Below are positions 17,267 through 26,142 of a stretch of 32,000 bases of DNA, one piece after another. The number at the start of each line of letters is the position of its first letter. Position 1 is the stretch's first letter. The position numbers were made by a program, and so were the translations under genes. Below the pieces are notes generated by a model. That model was given only the letters and a program-made list of their open reading frames with translations, was not told where the DNA came from and did not search any database. Origin of the DNA: Methanothermus fervidus DSM 2088 (lineage in GTDB: Archaea; Methanobacteriota; Methanobacteria; DSM-2088; Methanothermaceae); contig CP002278.1 of assembly GCA_000166095.1 (NCBI GenBank), forward strand, positions 420,001 to 452,000, written 5' to 3'.

Positions 17267-18737
17267 GAACTTTTGTTTTCTTTATTCTATTTTTTATTAA
17301 TTTTGGCCAGTTTTCATATTCAAAACCTTTCTGTGATAAGAATCCATATACCCATCTTGTCACACCTAATCCTGTACATCCTGTCCATATTCTATCATTG
17401 TGTGCCTCTCTAATTGAAAAACCATCTACAAAATGAGTACCATGGACATTTGCAGACACCACTGCCACATCTTCTTTACCTTTAAGTTTCATCTCATATT
17501 TAGGAATTTCTGGAAATTCTAAATTTCTTTCTTCAAATTCACGTCCTTCTAAATAAAATGGGTCATCTCCAACTTCAGTATACCATTCTAATTCCAATTT
17601 ATCTGCTAATTTTTGTGATAATTCAACAGTTTTATCTCTAATTTTTTCCACATCTTCAGGTGTACCTAACCATACCATCTCTATTCTTTGGAATTCATGA
17701 ACTCTATCTAGACCTTTGGCACCTCCTGCTTCCCAACGATATGTCCATCCACTTCTATCAAAAAATTTTATTGGCAATTCGCTTTTGTCAACAACTTCAT
17801 GACTTAAAAATTCATAAAATGGTTCACATTGCGCTGGTGCAAGAACATATGAAGGATCTCTAAGTCCTTCTTTTAATAAATTTATAGGAATTTCCTTTTT
17901 GATTATTAATTCATTTTTAAATTTTTTGAACAATTCAGGATCTCGTTTGGGTGCACTACAATAATACATGCCTTCTGGTAAACCTTCGAGATATCTCATC
18001 TTATACATTATAGATAATGGGATAAGTTTTGGAAAAAGACATTCTTCAAATCCTAATGGTTCAACGACTTTTTCAATTAACAAGGATTCAAATGCTCTAC
18101 AGAGTGCAGCCATTGGAGGAGTATAAAACCATTGACCTCTTCCAGGAAATTTTTTAATCCATCCTCTTTTTATTGCTTCCTCTGTAGGATCCCCATCGAA
18201 TAATGCTTTTCTTTTTTCACTTTTTGCTACAATTTCTCCAGCTTTGGCCTTTACAATTTTTTCTGTTAAAGTTTTTCTTCTTGTTGCTTGTCTGATAACT
18301 CTGTCAACGACATGTTTTCTTAATTCAGATTCATCTAATTTTTCAAACTTTACAATAAGATTATCATTTTTAACTTCAACAGAAGCAACAAACGGTAAAT
18401 CCTCTATTTCAGGATTTCCTCTAGGTATTATTGCTTTACATTCATCGACTTTAATTTTCCTAACACCGATGTGATATTTTGGACCCAAAAGTTGGGATAA
18501 TGGATTTTTTAATCTTAATATAGCGTCATGTGCCCTAATTTTTCTACCTGACTTTATTTTTATTTTTATAATATTGTCTTCCAACTTCCAATCAGTTATT
18601 TTGGCAGCTTCACTTTTATCCTTAGTTCCTTTTACCAATAATGTTTTATTTGCATCTTCTATAAAATTTTCCAAATCCTTTTTCATTTCTTTATTACTAC
18701 CACTTAGTATTATTCTACCTTTTACTTCAAACTTCAT
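17244..18737 (-). CDS. serS: seryl-tRNA synthetase, methanogen (rare) type
   Basis: 497 aa. N-terminal MKFEVKG...ANKTLL.KG......AKITDWKL and the core FFDRSGWTYRWEAGGAKGLDRVHEFQRIEMVWLGT align by eye with the atypical methanogen SerRS recalled from Methanosarcina barkeri. It is not the canonical coiled-coil SerRS. Confidence 0.85.
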   Translation of the reverse strand: MKFEVKGRIILSGSNKEMKKDLENFIEDANKTLLVKGTKDKSEAAKITDWKLEDNIIKIKIKSGRKIRAHDAILRLKNPLSQLLGPKYHIGVRKIKVDECKAIIPRGNPEIEDLPFVASVEVKNDNLIVKFEKLDESELRKHVVDRVIRQATRRKTLTEKIVKAKAGEIVAKSEKRKALFDGDPTEEAIKRGWIKKFPGRGQWFYTPPMAALCRAFESLLIEKVVEPLGFEECLFPKLIPLSIMYKMRYLEGLPEGMYYCSAPKRDPELFKKFKNELIIKKEIPINLLKEGLRDPSYVLAPAQCEPFYEFLSHEVVDKSELPIKFFDRSGWTYRWEAGGAKGLDRVHEFQRIEMVWLGTPEDVEKIRDKTVELSQKLADKLELEWYTEVGDDPFYLEGREFEERNLEFPEIPKYEMKLKGKEDVAVVSANVHGTHFVDGFSIREAHNDRIWTGCTGLGVTRWVYGFLSQKGFEYENWPKLIKNRIKKTKVPKLLTWP

Positions 18738-18968
18738 TTAATCACCAATGATTTTTAAAATTTTTTCTGCTATAATTTCTGCTGCTATTAGGTCGTCTGC
18801 AGTCGCTAATGCACTTCTTACAGAATTATTCTTTATTTTGAATAAAATTTTATTATCTATGACAGAACTCTCAACAAAATTGTAGTTGTCAGGTTTTAAG
18901 GCATTATGGACAATTTCTGCCTCTCTTTTATTTTTGTATTTCATTGTTATTTTTATTTTTGTTTCCAT
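18738..18968 (-). CDS. pcc1: KEOPS complex subunit Pcc1
   Basis: 76 aa. EAEIVHNALKPDN....(fragment)...RSALATADDLI pattern of the CTAG/Pcc1 family. Its stop abuts the serS start codon. Confidence 0.7.
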   Translation of the reverse strand: METKIKITMKYKNKREAEIVHNALKPDNYNFVESSVIDNKILFKIKNNSVRSALATADDLIAAEIIAEKILKIIGD

Positions 18969-18977
18969 ACTTGTAAC

Positions 18978-19748
18978 CTAATACCTATTTTTAATTTTTT
19001 CAGCAATTTTTTTAACAGCTGAAAAAGATTGAGATTTATATTTATATGGTGGTGTATTTGACATGTCGGCCTTTATGATATTTTTATCATAAGGTATTGT
19101 TCCTAAAACATCTAAACCTATTTCTTTTAACTTGTCTTCAATAACTTTTTTTTCATAAATATTTGATATTTTGTTTAATACTACTTCTATGTTTTTTATT
19201 CCTATATCTTCTGCAAGTTTTTTAATTCTTTTTGCAGTATTTATAGATTTTAAACTAGGTTCAACAACAATTATCATTAAATCTACAGATTCTGCAACCC
19301 TTCTTCCTAAATGTTCTATACCTGCTTCCATATCTAAAATCACTATTTCATCCCTTTTTAATATAAGATGTCTTAACAATGCTCTCAAAAACACAGAAGC
19401 AGGACAAATACAACCTTCCCCGCCTTTCTCAATTGTGCCCATAACTAAAAGTCTTAAATTGTCGTTGATTTTGTAAGAATATGAGTCAGGGATATCACTT
19501 ACATAAGGATTGATTTTAAAAACTTCTCCAAATGTAGATCCTGGTTCTGCCCCAGTTCTTTCTTTAATTAATTTTTTCATCTCAGACAATGGTTTTATGT
19601 TATTATTAACTCCCATATTAGTTGCCAGATTCATATCAGGGTCTGCATCAATTGCAAATACATTATAATCTTTTGATAATATATAAGCTAACATGCTTGT
19701 TAGTGTAGTTTTACCTACGCCTCCTTTTCCAGTTATTGCCACTTTCAT
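18978..19748 (-). CDS. cooC: CooC-type P-loop NTPase (Ni-insertion accessory protein family)
   Basis: MKVAITGKGGVGKTT deviant Walker A, DADPD, EKGGEGCICP (CxC metal motif), DMEAGIEHLGR. Aligns by eye along its full length with CooC1. ATG 19746-19748 preferred over the track TTG at 19772. Confidence 0.85.
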   Translation of the reverse strand: MKVAITGKGGVGKTTLTSMLAYILSKDYNVFAIDADPDMNLATNMGVNNNIKPLSEMKKLIKERTGAEPGSTFGEVFKINPYVSDIPDSYSYKINDNLRLLVMGTIEKGGEGCICPASVFLRALLRHLILKRDEIVILDMEAGIEHLGRRVAESVDLMIIVVEPSLKSINTAKRIKKLAEDIGIKNIEVVLNKISNIYEKKVIEDKLKEIGLDVLGTIPYDKNIIKADMSNTPPYKYKSQSFSAVKKIAEKIKNRY

Positions 19749-19776
19749 ATTTTTTACACCAACTACATACAATTGA

Positions 19777-20217
19777 TTAATGAACTATGAGTACTGGACA
19801 TGTTGCATGTCTAGTTATTTTTTCACTTACGCTTCCAAGAAGCAATCTATCTAATCCTCCTTTTCCAGAAGCTCCCATAACTACCAGATCTATTTTATTT
19901 TCTTTAATATAATCTAAAATTGTATTCACAACATGTCCTTCCTTTAGTTTTGTTTTTACCTTTAAATCTTCATTGAATTCTTTTATAATTTTTTTAGTTT
20001 CATGTAAAATTTCAGATGCTTCCATTTCCATTAATTTTTTATATTGTATCATTGTATCTTCCAGACTTACACCTAACAACGTTGAAGTGTCAATGACGTT
20101 AAGTACAATTATTTCTCCTGAACTTTTTTCTGCTATCCATGCAGCATGTTTTGCAGCTTTTTTTGCATATTTTGACCCATCTGTAGGTAATAATATTTTT
20201 TTATACAAAATCACCAC
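19777..20217 (-). CDS. universal stress protein (UspA family)
   Basis: [42 protein letters not shown]. The exact start (GTG 20217 or a downstream TTG) is uncertain. Confidence 0.88.
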   Translation of the reverse strand: MVILYKKILLPTDGSKYAKKAAKHAAWIAEKSSGEIIVLNVIDTSTLLGVSLEDTMIQYKKLMEMEASEILHETKKIIKEFNEDLKVKTKLKEGHVVNTILDYIKENKIDLVVMGASGKGGLDRLLLGSVSEKITRHATCPVLIVH

Positions 20218-20290
20218 CTCTTTCTATACAATAATAATTATGAGATATATATTGTTATGCCTTCAAACAGTATTAATACAAATTGGTCTT

Positions 20291-21448
20291 TCAATTAGCT
20301 AAATTTACTATTTTACCATCTTTTATGACATAATGGATGTCATGTGGCTCAAGGCGATTTATTATAGATAACCAAGGATTTGATGACAATTTTTTAACAA
20401 TGAGTATGTCTGCACGATATCCTTCTTCTATACAACCTACATCGCCAAAAATAGGCAACGAATTTGTTGTTGCCATCTTAATTACTATTTTAGGATCTAA
20501 ATATTTTCTTGAGAAACCCCTAGAAACTTTAAGTGTGTATTCCATCTCTCTTATCATATTTGGAGCATTAAACATTACATTATCACTTCCAAGGAGTAAA
20601 TTTATATTTAAGTGTAGTAAGTTTGAGATAGGAGGTATACCAGTGCCTAAAATACCATTTGACCGTGGACACAAAACTACAGACACATCTGAATTCTTTA
20701 ATAATTCTATGTCAGCTGATGTTGGATTTGTCACGTGTATTAACATGTCAAATCCTGTTTCTAGTGCCCTCTGAACTTCTGTTTTTCCAGTGTTTTTTAA
20801 TGATATTTTTTGGGTTTTTACATCTTCAGCAACGTGAATTGCAGCTATTTTTTTATTTTTTTTGCATTGAGACACTACAATTTTAGCTATATTGTCATCT
20901 ATTTCACCAAAGCCACTTAAACCAACTCCATCACAATAACTTAAAAGATTTTTTGTTTTTTTTCTAACTTCATTTCTTTTAGCATTGGGATTATAAAATA
21001 TGGGATCACGACCTAAAAATTTACACTCAATAGGTAAGTCTTTAATTGCATCTCTAACAAGTTTAATACCTTCAATACCACCCTCTCTAAAATCTATAAA
21101 TCTTGTTGTCCCAGTCATCAACATTTCTTTTACAGATCTTTTTACACTTTCAACTATTTTTTCTTTAGGAGTTTTCTCAAGTAATCTATGTTTTATTCCA
21201 TTTGGAGGTTTTACAATTTCATCTAAACTTTTACCGTCCGCAATGTCTTTTGCAAAAGAATCTGCAATATGTATATGTGAATTTGTAAAAGAAGGAAGTA
21301 CTATGCATCCTGTGGCATCTATTTTTTTTCCATGATTAAATTTATTATTAGTTATCTCAATGATTTTGTCATCTTCAATAACTAAATTAGTTCTGACAGG
21401 TTTCAATTCTTTACCTAAAAGTACTAATCCATTTTCAATAATTAACAT
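20291..21448 (-). CDS. amidohydrolase-superfamily protein (chlorohydrolase/nucleobase-deaminase-like, COG0402-like)
   Basis: 385 aa. VLPSFTNSHIHIADS (HxH), AIHVAE, LIHVT, LGSDN and GYRADILIV blocks typical of the metal-dependent amidohydrolase TIM barrel. Substrate cannot be assigned. Confidence 0.75.
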   Translation of the reverse strand: MLIIENGLVLLGKELKPVRTNLVIEDDKIIEITNNKFNHGKKIDATGCIVLPSFTNSHIHIADSFAKDIADGKSLDEIVKPPNGIKHRLLEKTPKEKIVESVKRSVKEMLMTGTTRFIDFREGGIEGIKLVRDAIKDLPIECKFLGRDPIFYNPNAKRNEVRKKTKNLLSYCDGVGLSGFGEIDDNIAKIVVSQCKKNKKIAAIHVAEDVKTQKISLKNTGKTEVQRALETGFDMLIHVTNPTSADIELLKNSDVSVVLCPRSNGILGTGIPPISNLLHLNINLLLGSDNVMFNAPNMIREMEYTLKVSRGFSRKYLDPKIVIKMATTNSLPIFGDVGCIEEGYRADILIVKKLSSNPWLSIINRLEPHDIHYVIKDGKIVNLAN

Positions 21449-21459
21449 AAACTTATTTT

Positions 21460-22971
21460 TTACATATAACTCCTATTTACACTTTCCTCATTGTTATTTT
21501 TGAACGATGACTTGTTTCCATACCTTGTTGTTAAATCTTTTTGCATTGCAGCTTCATAAGATCCATATCTTTTTATTATTTGATCTTCTATTGGAATAGC
21601 TCTCTTAATTGCTGCACGCACATGTTTTCTTCTTATATATTTGCTTCCTTCCATTACAGCTAAATCTCCAGCCATTCTTATTATTCCACTTAGATCACGT
21701 AATCGTAATGAAAGAGCATTATCTGTGTCATCAATTACACGTGCACGTCTTTTAGATTCTTCTATTAACTCTTCTACAGCTCCTCTTGTTGCATGGGGTA
21801 TTTTACCATCTTTAACAATCTCCTGTGCAACAAATTGTGCCATTTTAGCCCTATTTTCTTCAGTATCTGGCATTGTAACATCTAACAATATTTCATATCC
21901 TTCTCCTTGTATTCTAGATCTTAATGGTGGTAAAATATATTGTAAATCTGAAACATTACAAGCAGCTATAAATATGAAATCACATGGTACATCTTCAACT
22001 CTTACAGAACTTCCAGCACTTTGTGGATTTCTACCAACTATAGGAAACTTTTTTTCCTGCATGGCAGTAAGTATAAAGCGTTGTAATCTTGCAATATGTG
22101 CTATTTCATCTATAAATAACACTCCCTCATGTGCTTCATGTATTGCTCCTGGTACAACTCTTTCATATGGATGAGATCCTAACTCAGGGTGACCACCATA
22201 GGGGTCGTGTCTCACATCTCCTAAAAGCTCTGTCTCACTAGCTCCTGTTGCCTGCACAAATGTTTTCCTATTTAGAGGTACTATAACATTTCTTTTCTCC
22301 CTTGAGAAACGACCTCTTCTTTCAAAACTTCTTGGTCTCAAAATACGGATTTTATTTCCACCTACTCTTTCATATATTACTACTTCTTCACGACCATTGA
22401 TAATTTTAGTTGTAGTCACTCTTTTTTTAGGAAATGACGTGCTACTTCTTTTGTTAGAGTCAAACATTCCTAATAGTTCTCTAACGTGTCTTTTTTGAGA
22501 ATTTAATTCAGCAAACTTATCACGACCACATTTTGGACATATTTTTTCATATGCGGAACTATATTCCTTACAATGTACACATCTAAAACCCAGTTTCTCT
22601 GCTACATTAGCTGGAACTTCTTTTGGATCTATTAATTTACCAGAAGATCCTCCAAATTCTTTTGATTCTTTCTCTATTTCTTTTCTTTTTCTTACTTCAA
22701 CAATTGGTCTTTCAGGCCTTTCTGGATTATGTAAAACAGCTATTTCTTCATTTGGTTTGGGTAAGTATGAAGAAATTGCTTGTGCAATTAATGATTTTCC
22801 AATTCCAGGAGGACCAACAAGAAGTAAATTTCTCCTTTGTTTAGCAGCTATTTTAATAATAGGCATCACATCGTCATGTCCAATAACTCTATCAAGAGGA
22901 TCTTCAGGTATTAATACATCTTCCGTAGTGTTTATGTCTTCCAAAAACTCTTTTCTCATATCAACATACAT
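21460..22971 (-). CDS. LonB-type AAA+ ATPase lacking membrane anchor and protease domain; Zn-ribbon insertion
   Basis: VIGHDDVMPIIKIAAKQRRNLLLVGPPGIGKS, LLGDVRHDPYGG, HEGVLFIDEI, LTAMQEKKFPIVG, PCDFIFIAACN, PPLRSRI, KMAQFVAQEIVKDGKIPH all track archaeal LonB. The Walker A-to-B insert is hydrophilic and carries CVHCKE...CPKCG. The protein ends about 60 aa after the AAA+ lid. Confidence 0.8.
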   Translation of the reverse strand: MYVDMRKEFLEDINTTEDVLIPEDPLDRVIGHDDVMPIIKIAAKQRRNLLLVGPPGIGKSLIAQAISSYLPKPNEEIAVLHNPERPERPIVEVRKRKEIEKESKEFGGSSGKLIDPKEVPANVAEKLGFRCVHCKEYSSAYEKICPKCGRDKFAELNSQKRHVRELLGMFDSNKRSSTSFPKKRVTTTKIINGREEVVIYERVGGNKIRILRPRSFERRGRFSREKRNVIVPLNRKTFVQATGASETELLGDVRHDPYGGHPELGSHPYERVVPGAIHEAHEGVLFIDEIAHIARLQRFILTAMQEKKFPIVGRNPQSAGSSVRVEDVPCDFIFIAACNVSDLQYILPPLRSRIQGEGYEILLDVTMPDTEENRAKMAQFVAQEIVKDGKIPHATRGAVEELIEESKRRARVIDDTDNALSLRLRDLSGIIRMAGDLAVMEGSKYIRRKHVRAAIKRAIPIEDQIIKRYGSYEAAMQKDLTTRYGNKSSFKNNNEESVNRSYM

Positions 22972-24108
22972 CTATAACCCTCTATTCGTAATTATATTAA
23001 TTTCAACAGGTTTTTTTACTAACCCACCACTTCTTACAGCGACCAAATATTTAATACCCTTCTCTGATGCAATATCAACAATTCTTTGAGTTACAACACC
23101 ATCAAAGACAACGGCATACGCATCATTATTTATATTTTTTAATTCATCATATAAATTTTCAACTCTTATTTCTTTCATTATATTCAGAGTTTCATCTAAT
23201 ATTTCTGCGTTTCCTGAGCCTATTAGTTTTTTAAGCATATTTTTAAGTATAGTTTTTTTATCCTTTCCTTTTGAAATTCCAAATTCTTGATAAAACTGTT
23301 CTGCAGGTATTTTATTACGAAGAGCCTCTATAATTTCATTTTTATCTAATTCTTCAACTTCTTTACCTTTTGGAGCCCTAGCAATGTAATCTACATCGGC
23401 AACCTGTAGTATTTCTTTTAATATTAATTCTCCTCCTCTATCACCATCAACAAAAACTGTAACTGTCTTTTCACGACTTAAATCTATAACAGTCTGAGGA
23501 ATATTTACACCTTCAACTGCTATGGCATTTTTAATACCATGTTTCAATAAGTTTAAAACATCCGACCTACCTTCCACAACAATTATGGCGTCAGAAGTAG
23601 AAACATTTGGCCCTGCAGGTAATTTTTCTTTACCGTATTCTGTTATTTCATGACTACGAACGGCTTTTTTTACTTCTTCAATCATTTTCATACTTTCAGG
23701 AGCTACTTGCTCCATCATTTCAGCGTATATTTCCTTGGCACGTTCCACTACTTTTTTTCTTTTTACAGATCTTATGTCTTCAACTTTTTCAACTTTAATT
23801 TTAGCTTCACATGGGCCAACTCTATTTATTGTTTCCAATGCTGCAGCCAATATTGCTGTTTCAACTCTGTCAAGGCTGGATGGTACAATTATTTTTCCTT
23901 TAGATTTGCCATGACGAGATTTAATTTTGACTTTAATTCTTCCAATCCTACCTGTTTTTTGAAGTTCTCTCAAATCTAAATCATCAGTTAATAAACCCTC
24001 CGTTTGACCAAATATAGCACCAACAACATCAGGTTTTTCTACAACTCCATTTGCTGTGATTTTTGCATGAATAAGGTATTTAGTAGTATTTATTTCTTCT
24101 TTACCCAT
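22972..24108 (-). CDS. dnaG: archaeal DnaG-type Toprim protein (primase-like / exosome-associated)
   Basis: TKYLIHAKITANGVVEKPDVVGAIFGQTEGLL...DLRELQKTGRIGRI N-terminus, Toprim core IVVEGRSDV...VDGDRGGE. No spacer to the downstream gene. Confidence 0.9.
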   Translation of the reverse strand: MGKEEINTTKYLIHAKITANGVVEKPDVVGAIFGQTEGLLTDDLDLRELQKTGRIGRIKVKIKSRHGKSKGKIIVPSSLDRVETAILAAALETINRVGPCEAKIKVEKVEDIRSVKRKKVVERAKEIYAEMMEQVAPESMKMIEEVKKAVRSHEITEYGKEKLPAGPNVSTSDAIIVVEGRSDVLNLLKHGIKNAIAVEGVNIPQTVIDLSREKTVTVFVDGDRGGELILKEILQVADVDYIARAPKGKEVEELDKNEIIEALRNKIPAEQFYQEFGISKGKDKKTILKNMLKKLIGSGNAEILDETLNIMKEIRVENLYDELKNINNDAYAVVFDGVVTQRIVDIASEKGIKYLVAVRSGGLVKKPVEINIITNRGL

Positions 24109-24110
24109 GA

Positions 24111-24572
24111 TTAATCCTCCTGAAAATTATAACCATTTTCAAAATCTAATAAATAATCATTGTGCGATGTGTAGGGACATATCTCAAACTTTAGTCTGTC
24201 AAGATATTTTGGAAGATTCTCAATGTCTTTGATGTACCGTTTTGTCATTGCTTTAAGTTTATATCTTATCTTCGTGTTCACACGACAGCCCAAGCTCTCT
24301 ATGTTTTTACGCAACTTATTAGCTAATTCTTCACCTTTTTCATCAAAATCCGTAAGTATTATAGCCTCTGATGCAGTTTCTGCCACTAGATATGCAATTT
24401 CAATTAATTTGAGCGGTGATCCAGAAATTTTGATAAAATTTCCATTTATCCCTAATCTTTGTAGGGCTTCTTCATCCTTTTTACCTTCTATAAGAATAGG
24501 AACGCCTTTTTCTGCATAAAATTTTAATTCTTTTAATTCCTCTTTTAAACAATGTAAAGTTCCCAGTGTCAT
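24111..24572 (-). CDS. small Toprim-domain protein (UPF0292 / RNase M5-like family)
   Basis: 153 aa. PILIEGKKDEEALQRLG...IILTDFDEKGEELA are the Toprim E and DxD motifs. The DnaG SD (GGAGG) lies inside its last codons. Confidence 0.75.
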   Translation of the reverse strand: MTLGTLHCLKEELKELKFYAEKGVPILIEGKKDEEALQRLGINGNFIKISGSPLKLIEIAYLVAETASEAIILTDFDEKGEELANKLRKNIESLGCRVNTKIRYKLKAMTKRYIKDIENLPKYLDRLKFEICPYTSHNDYLLDFENGYNFQED

Positions 24573-24661
24573 TTTAAATCAAGGTTACAGTTATTGTTCT
24601 TATTATTAATCACAAGTAATATATAAAAATTAGTATTTGAAAAAATAAAAAGGTGATTCAC

Positions 24662-25306
24662 ATGTTAAAAATCAAGATTTCACCAAGAACATTGCTCAAA
24701 GGTTTTTCAAAAAAAATAGATTTAAGCTTAATTTCTACTCCTCAAGTTTCAGATGCTCTTTTTGATCTTACAGGTAAAAATTATGCTCTTCATAACATAA
24801 AACCACTAAATAATCTTAAAGTGTTTGGAAAAGTAGTGACAGTAAAAACCAAAGATTATGATTGGGGGACTTCAGTAAAAGCCATTGACATTGCAAATGA
24901 AAATGAAGTTATATTTATAGTAACTGAAGGTAATTCAAACGCTGTTTGGGGTGAATTAACATCGAAAGCTGCAAAAATTAAAAATATTGCTGGAACTATA
25001 ATATGTGGAGCATGTAGAGACTTACATGCAATTAAAAATATAAGATACCCTGTTTTTGCTGAAAAGGTTGTCCCAAATGCTGGAAGTCCTCTATGTAAAG
25101 GCAAAATAAATGTAGAAGTAAAATACAATGGAATTAAAATAAAACCCAATGACTATGTCATTGGAGATGAGTGTGGGGTAGTTGTTATTCCAAATGAATT
25201 ATTTGATAAAGTAATTGAAAAAACTAGAGAAATAAATGAAAAAGAAAAAGAAATAAAAAAGAAGATGTCTGAAGGTTTCTCTTTATCTGAAATATTAGAA
25301 TTGTAA
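24662..25306 (+). CDS. RraA-family protein (RraA/4-hydroxy-4-methyl-2-oxoglutarate aldolase-like)
   Basis: VSDAL........L..IKPL, AVWGELTS.AAK..NIAG.IICGACRD, IGDECGVVVIP. ATG 24662 with AAAGGTGAT upstream preferred over the GTG at 24653. Confidence 0.8.
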   Translation: MLKIKISPRTLLKGFSKKIDLSLISTPQVSDALFDLTGKNYALHNIKPLNNLKVFGKVVTVKTKDYDWGTSVKAIDIANENEVIFIVTEGNSNAVWGELTSKAAKIKNIAGTIICGACRDLHAIKNIRYPVFAEKVVPNAGSPLCKGKINVEVKYNGIKIKPNDYVIGDECGVVVIPNELFDKVIEKTREINEKEKEIKKKMSEGFSLSEILEL

Positions 25307-26104
25307 TTTAATAGCAAAAATAATTAATAATATGGCTACTACATATTTTAAAACTTTTTTTGGATATTTATATGCCATTTTAACACCAAATCTAACAGAC
25401 AATACCCCGGTAATGTTTATTATAAGTGATTGTAAAAGATTAACATAACCTATAGAATATGATAAGTTTTGAGCATTGGTAGAGAAGATATAAATTAAAA
25501 TGCCACCTAATGAAGTAATAGTTACAACAAAAGTAGATGTTCCTATTGATTTCAATAAATCAAATCCAATAATTGTTAATAATGGAACAAGAATTATGCC
25601 ACCTCCAATACCAAACATTCCAGAAAGAATCCCGGTAAGTATCCCTATAGGTATGAGATAACTAATATTATTGAGAAAAACATTTTTTTGGAAAGTTAAA
25701 GTTTTGGGATTTACATTCCTAATTAATTTTATAGCCAAAAAAACTAATAACAAGGCAAAGAATATTTTTAAAAATTTTACAGGTAAAATTAAATTTATGG
25801 TAGCTCCTATTATTCCACCAATAAATCCAAAAAAAGCTATTAATGTGCCTTCTTTCCACAAGACAGAACCTCTTTGTGCATGTTCATAGGCACTTACCAT
25901 GTTTGGAATAAATGTAGATAAGCTAGTGGCTGTTGCCATTCTAAATGCAAAACTTTCATTAACTCCTAAAAAAATTTGATTTAAAAAGAAAAATATAGGA
26001 ACTAGTATAAATCCACCACCAACTCCAAGCATCCCTGTTAATGTTCCAACGCCTATTCCAGTAATTATAAGTATTATTATGTAACCCAATATATCTATGC
26101 TCAT
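25295..26104 (-). CDS. TauE/SafE-family (sulfite-exporter-like) membrane permease
   Basis: 269 aa, about 8 hydrophobic helices, duplicated LGVGGGFILVPIF / FGIGGGIILVPLL motifs typical of the family. Confidence 0.82.
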   Translation of the reverse strand: MSIDILGYIIILIITGIGVGTLTGMLGVGGGFILVPIFFFLNQIFLGVNESFAFRMATATSLSTFIPNMVSAYEHAQRGSVLWKEGTLIAFFGFIGGIIGATINLILPVKFLKIFFALLLVFLAIKLIRNVNPKTLTFQKNVFLNNISYLIPIGILTGILSGMFGIGGGIILVPLLTIIGFDLLKSIGTSTFVVTITSLGGILIYIFSTNAQNLSYSIGYVNLLQSLIINITGVLSVRFGVKMAYKYPKKVLKYVVAILLIIFAIKLQF

Positions 26105-26142
26105 ACTTCAACCTATTAACTTTATCTAAGAGGTGAAATTTC

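Noticed and set aside
21641-22174. 177-aa plus-strand ORF, long for an AT-rich genome, opposite the LonB-like gene
   Set aside because: It has the same shadow-frame phase as the others, no start context, and a Ser/Ile/Leu/Thr-rich sequence without motifs. The Lon-like frame explains the region completely.
178-25889. Numerous 60-180-aa ORFs in the track lying antisense to strongly supported genes (e.g. 178-618, 5425-5844, 9598-9987, 11743-12231, 13770-14117, 16516-16920, 19171-19476, 20337-20774, 23650-23979, 24856-25149)
   Set aside because: Each is fully contained within a gene with clear family motifs on the other strand. Their translations are low-complexity (S/F/L/I/T-rich) and lack SD sequences. 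Open antisense frames of this phase are expected wherever the sense strand has few Tyr/His/Gln codons after NNY codons.
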